Shown here: one piece after another, positions 49,407 through 58,860 of the stretch
Layout of the letters: each line of letters starts with the position of its first letter
Position numbering within the stretch: position 1 is the first letter of the stretch
Origin: Bacteroidales bacterium
GTDB lineage: Bacteria; Bacteroidota; Bacteroidia; Bacteroidales; UBA10428
Length of the DNA stretch: 64,000 nt
Direction: 5' to 3'
Assembly (NCBI GenBank): GCA_041737175.1
Contig: JBGSSF010000035.1
Coordinates: 10,232-74,231, forward strand
Position numbers and translations under genes: made by a program
The notes under the pieces: generated by a model
The model's database searches: none
Told to the model about the DNA's origin: nothing
What the model saw: the letters and a program-made list of their open reading frames with translations, nothing else

Positions 49407-50579
49407 TTAATAATACCGACCAATCATTGGATGATCAACGATCATTCTTTTCAACGCCATCAGATCCACCGAACCCTGTATGGAATAAACGACCCTGCCC
49501 CCGGGCTCCACAAGAATACTGTAAGGCAATGCCCCGTTCCATGCAGGATCAATGGCCTCGATCAATGCGTATTTATCATCGCTGTCAAAAATGTAATTTT
49601 GGATGGCTGCATTTCTGGATTTCAGAAATTCCAGGGCTTGTTCCGACTGACCGGGTTTATCGGCAGAAACAGATATGAACTCAAAATTCCTGTTTCCAAA
49701 CATACGCTGTAAATTCACCAGTTCGGGAAACTCAATGATGCAAGGACCACACCAGGTAGCCCAAACGTTGATCAATCTCAGCTTCTTCGATGGGTTGATG
49801 ATTAATTCTGTAATTTCCTTTTTTGAGATTTTATCCAGCGTAACGGGTTTGCTATTCCACTCCGCATTGACTTTATCTGTCCATTCAGTCTTCCAGGCCC
49901 ATTTAATGGAACAACCGAAAGCTTTATTTACCGGTGTGGATACAGGTTGACCGCTGATCGTAGCTTCAACGGCTGTTCTCAGATCTTCCGCATTCGCGGT
50001 TCCCGGTTTTTCAGAAGCATCTAACCGACCCGAATAGACCAGTTCCCGATTTTTGTTGAACACAAAAGCATGCGGTGTCGCAGTGGGCCCATACTGCATG
50101 GAGACAACCTCAACATCACCATCATACAAATAGGGGAAATTGAATTTTTTATCTTTTGCCCTGATGATCATACTTTCGTAAGTATCATCCAGATCTGAAT
50201 ATCCGCATTCCTCAAGCAGGAGAGCCAGGGAACTGTTAGGCATAATGGCCACGACGGATACGCCCCTTTCCATGTAATCCGTGGTAAACTGTATGATACG
50301 GTCCTCATATGCCTGGGCAGTAGGACAATGATTGCAGGTAAAAATCACGACCAGGATGTCTGCCTTGTCAAAATCGCTAAGCTGGAAGTATTTTCCCGAT
50401 ACATCAGGAAGGTTAAAATCAACTGCCTTTGCTCCGGTGGCCAGGGTATGGATATCACGTTCCTCTACCCGCTGCGGTGAGGGTACAAAGCCCTGCCGTT
50501 TGCACGCCAGGGTTGCAGAAATAAACAATGCCAAAATCAGGAAAGGCATTTTGCCGTGAGTTTTTAACAGAATTTCCAT
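49407..50579 (-). CDS. two-domain thioredoxin-fold (TlpA/redoxin-like) lipoprotein
   Basis: 390 aa. An alternative start at 50549 gives MPFLILALFISATLAC (lipobox). CxxC motifs are CNHCPTAQ and WATWCGPC. Confidence 0.75.
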   Translation of the reverse strand: MEILLKTHGKMPFLILALFISATLACKRQGFVPSPQRVEERDIHTLATGAKAVDFNLPDVSGKYFQLSDFDKADILVVIFTCNHCPTAQAYEDRIIQFTTDYMERGVSVVAIMPNSSLALLLEECGYSDLDDTYESMIIRAKDKKFNFPYLYDGDVEVVSMQYGPTATPHAFVFNKNRELVYSGRLDASEKPGTANAEDLRTAVEATISGQPVSTPVNKAFGCSIKWAWKTEWTDKVNAEWNSKPVTLDKISKKEITELIINPSKKLRLINVWATWCGPCIIEFPELVNLQRMFGNRNFEFISVSADKPGQSEQALEFLKSRNAAIQNYIFDSDDKYALIEAIDPAWNGALPYSILVEPGGRVVYSIQGSVDLMALKRMIVDHPMIGRYY

Positions 50580-50658
50580 GGGATTAAATATCAGGTAAAG
50601 GTTATTGTAACGGTTCGAATAAAATTAATGTTTTTTCGTTACATTCGTGGAAGGGACC

Positions 50659-50757
50659 GTATCAAAAGCCAATTTGTTAGGCGGAGTTACAAACTCCGCC
50701 TAGCATAATAAATGGATAATTTGCATGTTACGCTAAGCGTAGTTTGCAACTACGCTT
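50659..50757. repeat. hairpin repeat, TAGGCGGAGT-TACAA-ACTCCGCCTA family (intact copy)
   Basis: GTATCAAAAGCC...TAGGCGGAGTTACAAACTCCGCCTA...TTACGC, followed by AGCGTAGTT-tgc-AACTACGCT. It shares about 75 nt with 53676..54011. Confidence 0.8.
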
Positions 50758-50818
50758 TTCTTTCATTCTTTTAATGCAGTCTCCAAGGGTTATAGTTTAA
50801 AATAAAAGCAAAATAATC

Positions 50819-51475
50819 ATGAAAAAGGCCATCAGCATTTATTTCAGGATAATCGTTGTAATCTTTGCGTTTGCAGGCTGTTCCCATGATAAGGTATATA
50901 CGCAGAACAATCAGACGTTAAGTGAAATCGATCAGAAGGTCAATGCTTTTCTGAAAAGCAAGGAATATGGCTGGCGGGATATGAATGTGCCGGCATCCGA
51001 CGGGAAATTATTATATGATATTATCATTAAAAACAACTATAAGAATGCTGTCGAGATTGGCACTTCCACGGGCCATTCCGCTATCTGGATAGCCTGGGCG
51101 CTCAGCAAGACCGGGGGCAAACTGATCACCATTGAAATTGATGAGAGGCGGTACAAAGAAGCTCTTATCAACTTTGAGAAAGCAGGTGTAGCCCAATATA
51201 TTGATGCCCGCCTGGGCGACGCCCATGACCTGGTGCCTAAGCTGAGCGGCCCTATCGATTTTGTTTTCAGTGATGCGGATAAAGACTGGTATGTCAGTTA
51301 TTTTAAATCGATAGATCCGAAACTCATCGTGGGAGGTTGTTATACAAGCCACAATGTCAGGGAGTATGACGGCCGGCAGTATTATGAATATGTCAGCAGT
51401 CTCCCCAACTATAAAACAACAGTTGATAACCGCGGCGGAGGGATGGCAATAAGCTACAAAACGGCCTTGCGGTAA
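50819..51475 (+). CDS. class I SAM-dependent O-methyltransferase (family 3, CCoAOMT-like) with a lipoprotein signal
   Basis: 218 aa. Lipobox FAFAGC, SAM motif VEIGTSTGHSAIW, and FVFSDADKDWY. Confidence 0.7.
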   Translation: MKKAISIYFRIIVVIFAFAGCSHDKVYTQNNQTLSEIDQKVNAFLKSKEYGWRDMNVPASDGKLLYDIIIKNNYKNAVEIGTSTGHSAIWIAWALSKTGGKLITIEIDERRYKEALINFEKAGVAQYIDARLGDAHDLVPKLSGPIDFVFSDADKDWYVSYFKSIDPKLIVGGCYTSHNVREYDGRQYYEYVSSLPNYKTTVDNRGGGMAISYKTALR

Positions 51476-51478
51476 GGA

Positions 51479-53632
51479 TTATTCCGCCGTGATCTCAATT
51501 ACCGAGCTGGTAAGAGGCTGAAAGGACGTAACATTCAATCCCACGTTCATCAGGTAGTCACCGGTGTACAGCCTTTTTGTCGGGTACAGGCTCATGGTAC
51601 CCGGAAACTGGTTGATTTCCTGAACTGCATAAGTTCTTGCCGCATCAAGACCCTGTAAACGCACATTGTTGAAGTTCTCCCCATACCTCATGTTCATGGT
51701 GTAAGAAAAAAGCAAAGCCTTGTCTTTATCAGGACTGACGTACATCAACACGGCCCGGTTCTCCTTATAAGGCGATATCAGCCTGTAAAGATCGCCACGC
51801 CAGATCACTTCACTCAGCCGCTTGTAATTTTTAACAGCTTCCTGGCAGAATGCCAGTTCCTTTTCATTGAATTCATTCACCTGGATATCAAATCCCATCT
51901 TACCCATCATGGCCACATCGGTCCTGAATTTAACAGATTGTTTTCCCCAGGAGGTAACATGGTTGCAAACCGACAGGGCAGGGAAGAAATAGGAATAGCC
52001 CCATTGTATGTAAATGCGCTCCACGGGATCGGTGTCATCACTGGCCCAGAATTCAGTGAAATAGCGCATGGCGCCATAGTCGACCCTTCCTCCGCCACCT
52101 GAGCACAGCATCATGGGAACATGCCGGTATTTCTGGCGCAGACGGTCAAGTACCCTGTAAAGCCCGTTCACATAATCGATATAGACATGCGATTGCCGGT
52201 CCTTCAGATAGACTGAGTATGTATTGGTCATCATGCGGTTGCAGTCCCATTTAAAGAATGCAAGCCCGGGAAACCGGGTCAGCATGCCATCGACCAGGTC
52301 ATAGACAAAATCCTGAACTTCGGGATTGGTAAGGTCGAGAACGAGCTGGTTCCTGTAATAATGTTCCGGACGGTTGGGAAGTTTCAGAACCCAGTCAGGA
52401 TGCGTTTCATACAACTCACTTTTGGGATTCACCATCTCGGGTTCGATCCAGATGCCGAATTTCACAGCACGTTTTTCTGCCTCCTTCACCAGGTAACCGA
52501 CTCCGTTGGGCAATTTGGTCTTATTCTCCTGCCAGTCGCCCAACCCGGCCCTGTCATTGTTTCGTGGATACTTGTTGGCAAACCAGCCGTCATCGAGCAG
52601 GAACAAATCGAGCCCCATCTTTTTTGTGTCATCGAGCAGGGCGGTGAGTTTTTCCTCATTGAAGTCGAAATAGGTGGTTTCCCAGTTGTTCAGAAGGGTG
52701 AGCCTGGATTCCTTTCCATCCATAATGCCATAATTAATAGCCCAGCGGTGAAGGTTCCGGCTGGCATATCCCTTACCCTGTGCGGAATAGGTGAAGATAA
52801 AGGGGGGCGTGACAAACGATTTTCCCGGTTGCAGTAAATATTCGGAAGCATATGGATTGATTCCCGAAATAACACGGAGCGAGTTTTTTTCATCCACCTC
52901 GAACAGGAACCTGAAGTTACCCGACCAGCCCAGTGTTCCGGCAACCAATTCTCCGGAGTTTTCACCGGATTTTTCATTCAGCGAAAGGAAGAACACGGGT
53001 GTCTGGTACATGTGGGCCCGGGTACCCAGTTTGGAATCGAGGATCTTAATGCCGCTGGAGAGTTCATTCTCCTGCATCTTCATTTCTTCGGCCCAGTCGC
53101 CATGAAACTGGGTAAGCCAGTACTGCGGGGCGTCAAAATGAAGCAACGATGAAGCATAATTGTAAACCGTGACGGGATTCTTTTCCTGGTGAATTATTTC
53201 CACCCATTGCTCCATGACATTCTCGCGGGCAAATGCCTTGAAATGAAGGATCACTTCAACGGGGTACTGCGGATCTTTCAGCCGGATACGGGTGATGGTG
53301 ACATTCTCATCGGATTTTTCGGTCTGGTGATTCACATAATTCAGTTCGAGAGAAGGATTGCCGTCGCTGTGGGTGATCCGAATGGCAGGTTCGAACAGGT
53401 TATCAGTTCCCGAAGTGACATAGGCCAGGTGCGCCGGCCGGGGGAATGTTTTGCTGTCAGGAGTTTGCACCAGCTTCGGACCATAATACACCTGGTATAA
53501 CCGGTGATCATTTCCCACCTTGAAAATCAGGTCGGTATTTTGCGTGCTCACAGGGATCAGGATGTCAGACTGTCCTGAAACGACAGTAATAACTGCAGCG
53601 AAAAGAAAAATGGCGGTACAGATCTTTTTCAT
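51479..53632 (-). CDS. GH36 alpha-galactosidase
   Basis: 717 aa with a signal peptide. FLLDDGWF and FKWDCNR are GH36 catalytic-region motifs. Confidence 0.85.
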   Translation of the reverse strand: MKKICTAIFLFAAVITVVSGQSDILIPVSTQNTDLIFKVGNDHRLYQVYYGPKLVQTPDSKTFPRPAHLAYVTSGTDNLFEPAIRITHSDGNPSLELNYVNHQTEKSDENVTITRIRLKDPQYPVEVILHFKAFARENVMEQWVEIIHQEKNPVTVYNYASSLLHFDAPQYWLTQFHGDWAEEMKMQENELSSGIKILDSKLGTRAHMYQTPVFFLSLNEKSGENSGELVAGTLGWSGNFRFLFEVDEKNSLRVISGINPYASEYLLQPGKSFVTPPFIFTYSAQGKGYASRNLHRWAINYGIMDGKESRLTLLNNWETTYFDFNEEKLTALLDDTKKMGLDLFLLDDGWFANKYPRNNDRAGLGDWQENKTKLPNGVGYLVKEAEKRAVKFGIWIEPEMVNPKSELYETHPDWVLKLPNRPEHYYRNQLVLDLTNPEVQDFVYDLVDGMLTRFPGLAFFKWDCNRMMTNTYSVYLKDRQSHVYIDYVNGLYRVLDRLRQKYRHVPMMLCSGGGGRVDYGAMRYFTEFWASDDTDPVERIYIQWGYSYFFPALSVCNHVTSWGKQSVKFRTDVAMMGKMGFDIQVNEFNEKELAFCQEAVKNYKRLSEVIWRGDLYRLISPYKENRAVLMYVSPDKDKALLFSYTMNMRYGENFNNVRLQGLDAARTYAVQEINQFPGTMSLYPTKRLYTGDYLMNVGLNVTSFQPLTSSVIEITAE

Positions 53633-53675
53633 GGGTTAAAATTAATTAGGGTCAAATATATTAAATGTAGAGGCT

Positions 53676-54011
53676 GTATCAAAAGCCATAATTTTAGGCG
53701 GAGTTACAAATCATAGCCGTCAACTTAAGATCAAACCGCGTTAGCGGTTAAATGTGAATAGCGCCGGGCGGAGCCCGGTGTAACTGGCATTGATGTTTTC
53801 TACAACCACGTAGTGGTTGAATTTAATTGAAATAGCTCTGTCTTGCAATATTCAACCACGCCGTGGTTGTGAAAAATCAGCCTCATATATACACCGGGTT
53901 ATCACCCGGCGCTATTCAAATTAAAGCACTCCGTGCTTTCTAAAATCACATATGTTGACTATGGTTACAAACTCCACCTAGTATAATATAAAGATTATCT
54001 GCGTATTACGC
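53676..54011. repeat. second copy of the TAGGCGGAGT hairpin repeat, split by an insertion
   Basis: The left half ends ...TAGGCGGAGTTACAAA at 53710. The right half resumes GTTACAAACTCCACCTA at 53964. Confidence 0.8.
53711..53963. mobile_element. 253-bp palindromic MITE-like insertion with an 8-bp target-site duplication
   Basis: GTTACAAA is present on both sides (53703..53710 and 53964..53971). Termini are CATAGCCGTCAAC and GTTGACTATG. The interior is a mirror-symmetric series of hairpins (AACCGC/GCGGTT, CCGGG/CCCGG, CAACCAC/GTGGTTG, then their mirror images). Confidence 0.7.
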
Positions 54012-54302
54012 TTACGGGCAATTCTTCAAAAATTTCAGGCTGTAAAAATCCTCCAGGTTATCATCAATGATCAGGGTATCACCCTGTTCCCATTTTTCGA
54101 CATACTGCTTGCCTTTCAGAAAATAACAGCGGGTGCCAGTGGGATTTGTAAACAGCACCCTGTTTTCTTCAACCGCATAAACAACCAGGGCTTTCTGCTT
54201 GTAGAGAGCATCATGCGAATCTTCTATCTTATAGGTGAGCTTATGCATTGCCGTACAGGAGGCAAGCATTGCCAATATCAGAATGGAAAGTCGCCGTGTC
54301 AC
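54012..54302 (-). CDS. small hypothetical lipoprotein
   Basis: 96 aa with a GTG start and lipobox LILAMLASC. It lies 19 nt downstream of the Gfo/Idh/MocA gene. Confidence 0.4.
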   Translation of the reverse strand: MTRRLSILILAMLASCTAMHKLTYKIEDSHDALYKQKALVVYAVEENRVLFTNPTGTRCYFLKGKQYVEKWEQGDTLIIDDNLEDFYSLKFLKNCP

Positions 54303-54321
54303 AGATCCTGTGGTATGAAAA

Positions 54322-55845
54322 TTATAATTTCAGTTCGCCCCAGCCCTGTCTGTAAGTCCGTTTCACAAACTGGTTGGCCGGTTCAAAGTTAGTGATTCGC
54401 ATATTCTCTCCGTCCCATTTGTAGTTGATATATCGGCCGGGGAAGACAAAACCTTCCATCTCGCCGTATACCGGATCAACCCGCTTTATCTTCTCCCGGA
54501 TGTTGAAACTGCGCAACAACAGGTTTCCCATCAGTACGGTTTCGGTAAGTGGACCGGCATATCCTTCGAAGGGTGAGTCCACTTCCATATTCCCATATCC
54601 TGCAATGCAGGCATCTACCCACTGCCACCAGTGGCCATCCATGTCCCCTTCGACACGCGGGTATTTTTTGGGTACTTTAATGATCTCATTCAGTGAAAGG
54701 GGCAGGAGAATAGGATTTCTGCCTCCCCAGCCACAGGCTGCCTTGCCCTTGGTCCCTATGAACAGGGTAGCACCTTCATAATCGAAAAGGCCGGGCCAAT
54801 CGCCCATAATGTCATTCATGTTTTTGTCCGAATCCAGTTCAAGCGGCCTCTCGGGGGTTATTCCTCCGTCCATCCAATAAAGGCGAAGGTCACGGCCGTT
54901 TTGCAGCTTGTAGTTGAACCGTATGGAAGAAGCAACCGGTCCGCTTTCGGGGTATTGGGCTTCAGTAAAGATTCCGTTATACACCGTGCTGGCGCTGCAT
55001 GATACTTCAGTCGGATATCCCAACCCGAGCAGCTTGAACGGAGGCCCCATGATGTGGCATCCCATGTCGCCCAGGGCGCCGGTGCCAAAGCGCCACCAGC
55101 CTCGCCAGTTAAATGGCACCAGGTTATCGATGTATTCGGTATTCTCGGCTGTTCCAAGCCACAGATCCCACTTCAGCTCTTTGGGCACTTTGGGACGCTG
55201 AGTGGGCCAGGGAATTCCCTGCGGCCAAACAGGTCTGTCAGTCCAGCAATATACCTCCTCAATCTCTCCCAGCACGCCTGCTTCAATCCATTCACGCAAG
55301 GTTCTCATGCCTTCGCAGGAAGCGCCCTGATCGCCCATTTGCGTGACCACCTTGTATTTTTTTGCTGCCTGGGTGAGGATACGGGCTTCGTAAATATCGT
55401 GTGACAGAGGTTTTTGCAGGTAAAGGTGTTTGTTCAGTTGCATGGCGCCGAGTCCCATAATGGCATGGTTATGGTCTGGCGTGGCAATGGTAACAGCATC
55501 GAAGTTCTTACTTTCCTTTTCGAACATCTCACGCCAGTCGTAGTAGAATTTGGCCTTGGGAAGTTCCTTGATCTTCTGGGCGGCCTGCCTGTCGTCCACA
55601 TCGCACAGAAAAGCCACTACGGCATTGTTTTTGGGTGCTTTCACATAGTGATCAATGTCAGAGGCGCCTTCTCCCCCGCAACCTATCGCGGCAATATACA
55701 GTTTGTCACTGGGGGCAACATGTCCCAGGCCGCTGATGGTATGGCTCGGCAGGATCGTAAATCCGGCGGCTCCCAGAGCGGTCAAACCAACAAATTCCCG
55801 GCGTGATAACATACCGGAATTTGTTTTTTGATAGTTTATTTTCAT
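54322..55845 (-). CDS. Tat-exported Gfo/Idh/MocA-family oxidoreductase (glycoside 3-dehydrogenase-like)
   Basis: 507 aa. Twin-arginine signal SRREFVGLTALGAAG and Rossmann motif IAAIGCGGEGASD. Confidence 0.85.
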   Translation of the reverse strand: MKINYQKTNSGMLSRREFVGLTALGAAGFTILPSHTISGLGHVAPSDKLYIAAIGCGGEGASDIDHYVKAPKNNAVVAFLCDVDDRQAAQKIKELPKAKFYYDWREMFEKESKNFDAVTIATPDHNHAIMGLGAMQLNKHLYLQKPLSHDIYEARILTQAAKKYKVVTQMGDQGASCEGMRTLREWIEAGVLGEIEEVYCWTDRPVWPQGIPWPTQRPKVPKELKWDLWLGTAENTEYIDNLVPFNWRGWWRFGTGALGDMGCHIMGPPFKLLGLGYPTEVSCSASTVYNGIFTEAQYPESGPVASSIRFNYKLQNGRDLRLYWMDGGITPERPLELDSDKNMNDIMGDWPGLFDYEGATLFIGTKGKAACGWGGRNPILLPLSLNEIIKVPKKYPRVEGDMDGHWWQWVDACIAGYGNMEVDSPFEGYAGPLTETVLMGNLLLRSFNIREKIKRVDPVYGEMEGFVFPGRYINYKWDGENMRITNFEPANQFVKRTYRQGWGELKL

Positions 55846-55871
55846 GGTGAGAATAGGTTAATTATCCTTAT

Positions 55872-57506
55872 TTAGGACTTTCGGATTTCATCCTTGATGC
55901 GCTGGATATGACCGCGTCCAAGCCCCTTCACTTCACAGTCGAGTTGAAAGTACCGCCGTATTTTGTCGTCACTCAATATGCCGAAACAGTCAATGATGGC
56001 AGCCGGTTTCCCAATTTTCCGGACCACTTCATCGGGATCCAGGTTCAGATAGGCCTCATGGCGCACGCACAGAAGAACTGCATCCGCGCCTTTTAATGCT
56101 TTATCCAGATCCGGCTCGATGTGCATTTCCTTCAGTTTTTCCTGGCTGCGGAAGAACCGTGCCTTGCTTTGTCCCGTGGCGGGATAACTGTCCTGCTGTT
56201 CAAACTCCCACCAGTGTTCCACATAGGGATCATGCACCCGGATCTCGGCCCCCATTTCGGCCAGTTTACGGATCACAATTTCCGAACCGCTGTAACGGGT
56301 ATCTCCGACATCTTCGCGATAGGCTGCACCCAGGATCAGGACTTCAGCTGCCGCAATCGGTTGACCCATATTGCGCAGGGCATCACGGGTGAGCTGCCCG
56401 ACATGCAGGCCGCGCGTATCGTTGATATCAATGGCCATCGGTGTAATCTTGAAAATATCATCCTCAAAGCCGAGGATGTGTTTGTAAGCCCATACGCCCA
56501 ATCCTCCGTCTTTGGGCAGGCAGTATCCGCCGACCCCGGGTCCCGGGAAAATAATATTGCTGTGTGTTGGCCGCACTTTGATGGCACCGATCACCTTGAT
56601 CAGGTCAACGCCATTGCGTTCTGCATACAGGCTCCATTCATCAAGGAAGGCAAGGATGGTAGCCCGGTAGCTGTTCTCAACAATCTTGGCGGTTTCTGAT
56701 TCAATAGGCCGGTCCATCACGGTAAGCGGATATTTCTTGGTATTCAGCACTTCATTCAGGAATTTTACGACCCGTTTTTTGGCCTCTTCATTGATCCCGC
56801 TGCAGACACGCCAGAAATCCCGGATGCTGGCAACGTAATTGCGCCCCGGCATAACCCTCTCATAACTATGGGCCAGCAAGGGATCACTCTTGATGCCCCG
56901 TTTTTTGAAAATCTTTTTCATGATCGGGTAAGCAACCTGTTCCGTAGTGCCGGGCGCCACGGTGGTTTCGATCAAAACCAGGGCTTTCGGAGGTACGTTT
57001 TCGGCAATAACACCAATGGAAGCTTCCAGCGCGGCCATATCGGTTTCGCCGTTGCGGACATTGCCCAGGTCCCCTTTGATATAATCACACTGAACATCAA
57101 CCACAACAACATCAGCAAGTTTTAATACGTCATAAGTATAGGTCGCGATGAGTGTCTTTTTCTTGTTGACGCAACGGTCAATCATGGGATCCACCTCAGG
57201 ATCTTCAGCTTTTACCGGAGATATGCCGCGATTGAGCAAGGGAATTTTCCAGAAACTCCGCGCACTGGGCCTTTGCATGCCAATTACAAATTTGGAAGGC
57301 TGCCCTTTTTCATCAACACTATCGGCAACAATGGCGGCCATGACTGCACCGACAAAACCGACACCCATGACAACAACGATTTCACGATTTTTGGCACGTT
57401 CCTGTTCAACGCGTTTTTTCAGGTTTTCGAATTCTGCCATGTATTCCTCGGGATTGGGCAAAGGAAATTTTTCTCCGGCCGGACTGATGGATATTTTTTC
57501 GCTCAT
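55872..57506 (-). CDS. nucleotide-sugar dehydrogenase (UDP-glucose/GDP-mannose dehydrogenase family), long form
   Basis: 544 aa. An N-terminal ~40-aa extension is followed by VVMGVGFVGAVMAA (NAD fold), and a central GGYCLPKDG holds the catalytic Cys. Confidence 0.8.
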   Translation of the reverse strand: MSEKISISPAGEKFPLPNPEEYMAEFENLKKRVEQERAKNREIVVVMGVGFVGAVMAAIVADSVDEKGQPSKFVIGMQRPSARSFWKIPLLNRGISPVKAEDPEVDPMIDRCVNKKKTLIATYTYDVLKLADVVVVDVQCDYIKGDLGNVRNGETDMAALEASIGVIAENVPPKALVLIETTVAPGTTEQVAYPIMKKIFKKRGIKSDPLLAHSYERVMPGRNYVASIRDFWRVCSGINEEAKKRVVKFLNEVLNTKKYPLTVMDRPIESETAKIVENSYRATILAFLDEWSLYAERNGVDLIKVIGAIKVRPTHSNIIFPGPGVGGYCLPKDGGLGVWAYKHILGFEDDIFKITPMAIDINDTRGLHVGQLTRDALRNMGQPIAAAEVLILGAAYREDVGDTRYSGSEIVIRKLAEMGAEIRVHDPYVEHWWEFEQQDSYPATGQSKARFFRSQEKLKEMHIEPDLDKALKGADAVLLCVRHEAYLNLDPDEVVRKIGKPAAIIDCFGILSDDKIRRYFQLDCEVKGLGRGHIQRIKDEIRKS

Positions 57507-57593
57507 AGATTTGAGGTATTTGAGAGATTAAAAGATAAGCTAATAAAAATCAATACTAATGGAGACTAAATATACAAATTATGATTTGGTATA

Positions 57594-57623
57594 CAAAAAA
57601 AACCAGCAGTATGCCGCTGGTTT
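57594..57623 (-). terminator. rho-independent terminator after the 4Fe-4S gene
   Basis: The minus strand reads AAACCAGC-ggcatact-GCTGGTTTTTTTTTGT. Confidence 0.65.
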
Positions 57624-57652
57624 ATTCTTATCAAAATCATACATTCCTTAAA

Positions 57653-58774
57653 TTACCTGGGTGTTAGCAGCCTGTCCACCTTTGATTTAAAAAGCATACC
57701 GATCATGCTTACTGTACTCAGCTTGCCCCGGTCTTTTGCAAGGTTTATATAGGCATGATTCATGTCTTTGGGGACTTTCTTTTGATCAGGCCGTGGTTTT
57801 CGGGACAGGTTGATAGCTTGAACAGCGCATTCGGTGACACAAAGACCACAGCCTATACAACGGTCGGCATCGATAGTGATCCTGCAGTCATAGGCTTTTA
57901 TGGCTTCCATCTGGCAACGGTCGATGCATGTACCGCATTGTGTGCAGGTTTCTTCCTTTATTACAGCAAAAAAGGGTGTGATAACGATGGATGCCGGACG
58001 GGGATGCCTTTTGATGTTGCGCAGCACTGAACAACAACATGTGCAGCAACAGCAAAGAAACGAAACATCCTTTGAATTGCTGGGTTGAATTACAAGTCCA
58101 TGTTTATTAGCCTGATGGAGTATATCCAGTGCTTCCTCCCGGGTTATCCTACGGCCCGTACCGCGATGGAGGTAGAACTCAGCAACGTTGCCAAACATCA
58201 TGCAGGTTTCAACGGGCCGGTTACAGGTGTTACCTTTTATGCCCTGTTCCTGCCGGCATATACAAGGATTAACACTAAATACATGGTGTTTCCGGACGAT
58301 TTCTTCAGCCTGTTCATAGGACATCACGTGGTGTTCAACGTTGATGCTTTGGTTTACGGGGATTGTCCTGAACTGGGGCGTCTTTTGCCAGGTGTCGAGA
58401 TCGAAGAAAGTGGGCCAGTATTCCTCCATATCCTGAACAAATTCAGGTGAAAGCCGGTTAACCTGAAATTCCCAAATGCCGCAGGCAAAATGGGCCGCCT
58501 GGTATTTGGGCTGCTTTTTCTCACGATAGATGGCGAAAATAAGGCCTTTTTGTGCCATCTCTTCGAGTTGTTGCCCGGCAGCTTCTTTGTCCATTCCCGC
58601 ACGCCGGGCTATTACCCTGGGTTCTTCGGGTATAAGCGTTAGATACAGGGCAAGTGCTGCATTTTCGGGTGAAAAGAGTCTCTTCAGGATGCGTATTTCA
58701 ACCCCGCTTTCCGTCGATGGAAATCCACCCGGGAGATTATCCAGGTGTTTTGCCAGCTTTTGATAGATATCCAT
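57653..58774 (-). CDS. uncharacterised 4Fe-4S dicluster protein with a poly-cysteine segment
   Basis: 373 aa. Two ferredoxin motifs (CTQCGTCIDRC, CIGCGLCVTEC), extra Cys clusters (NPCICRQ, NTCNRPVETC) and CCCCTCCC. There is no signal peptide. Confidence 0.75.
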   Translation of the reverse strand: MDIYQKLAKHLDNLPGGFPSTESGVEIRILKRLFSPENAALALYLTLIPEEPRVIARRAGMDKEAAGQQLEEMAQKGLIFAIYREKKQPKYQAAHFACGIWEFQVNRLSPEFVQDMEEYWPTFFDLDTWQKTPQFRTIPVNQSINVEHHVMSYEQAEEIVRKHHVFSVNPCICRQEQGIKGNTCNRPVETCMMFGNVAEFYLHRGTGRRITREEALDILHQANKHGLVIQPSNSKDVSFLCCCCTCCCSVLRNIKRHPRPASIVITPFFAVIKEETCTQCGTCIDRCQMEAIKAYDCRITIDADRCIGCGLCVTECAVQAINLSRKPRPDQKKVPKDMNHAYINLAKDRGKLSTVSMIGMLFKSKVDRLLTPR

Positions 58775-58860
58775 ATTAAGGGTTTATTCTAAAGAAATAT
58801 ACAAAATCTGGCGCTTAAAGTCAAAGATTTAGAGATCTTTCGATAACGAACCCATGCTGG

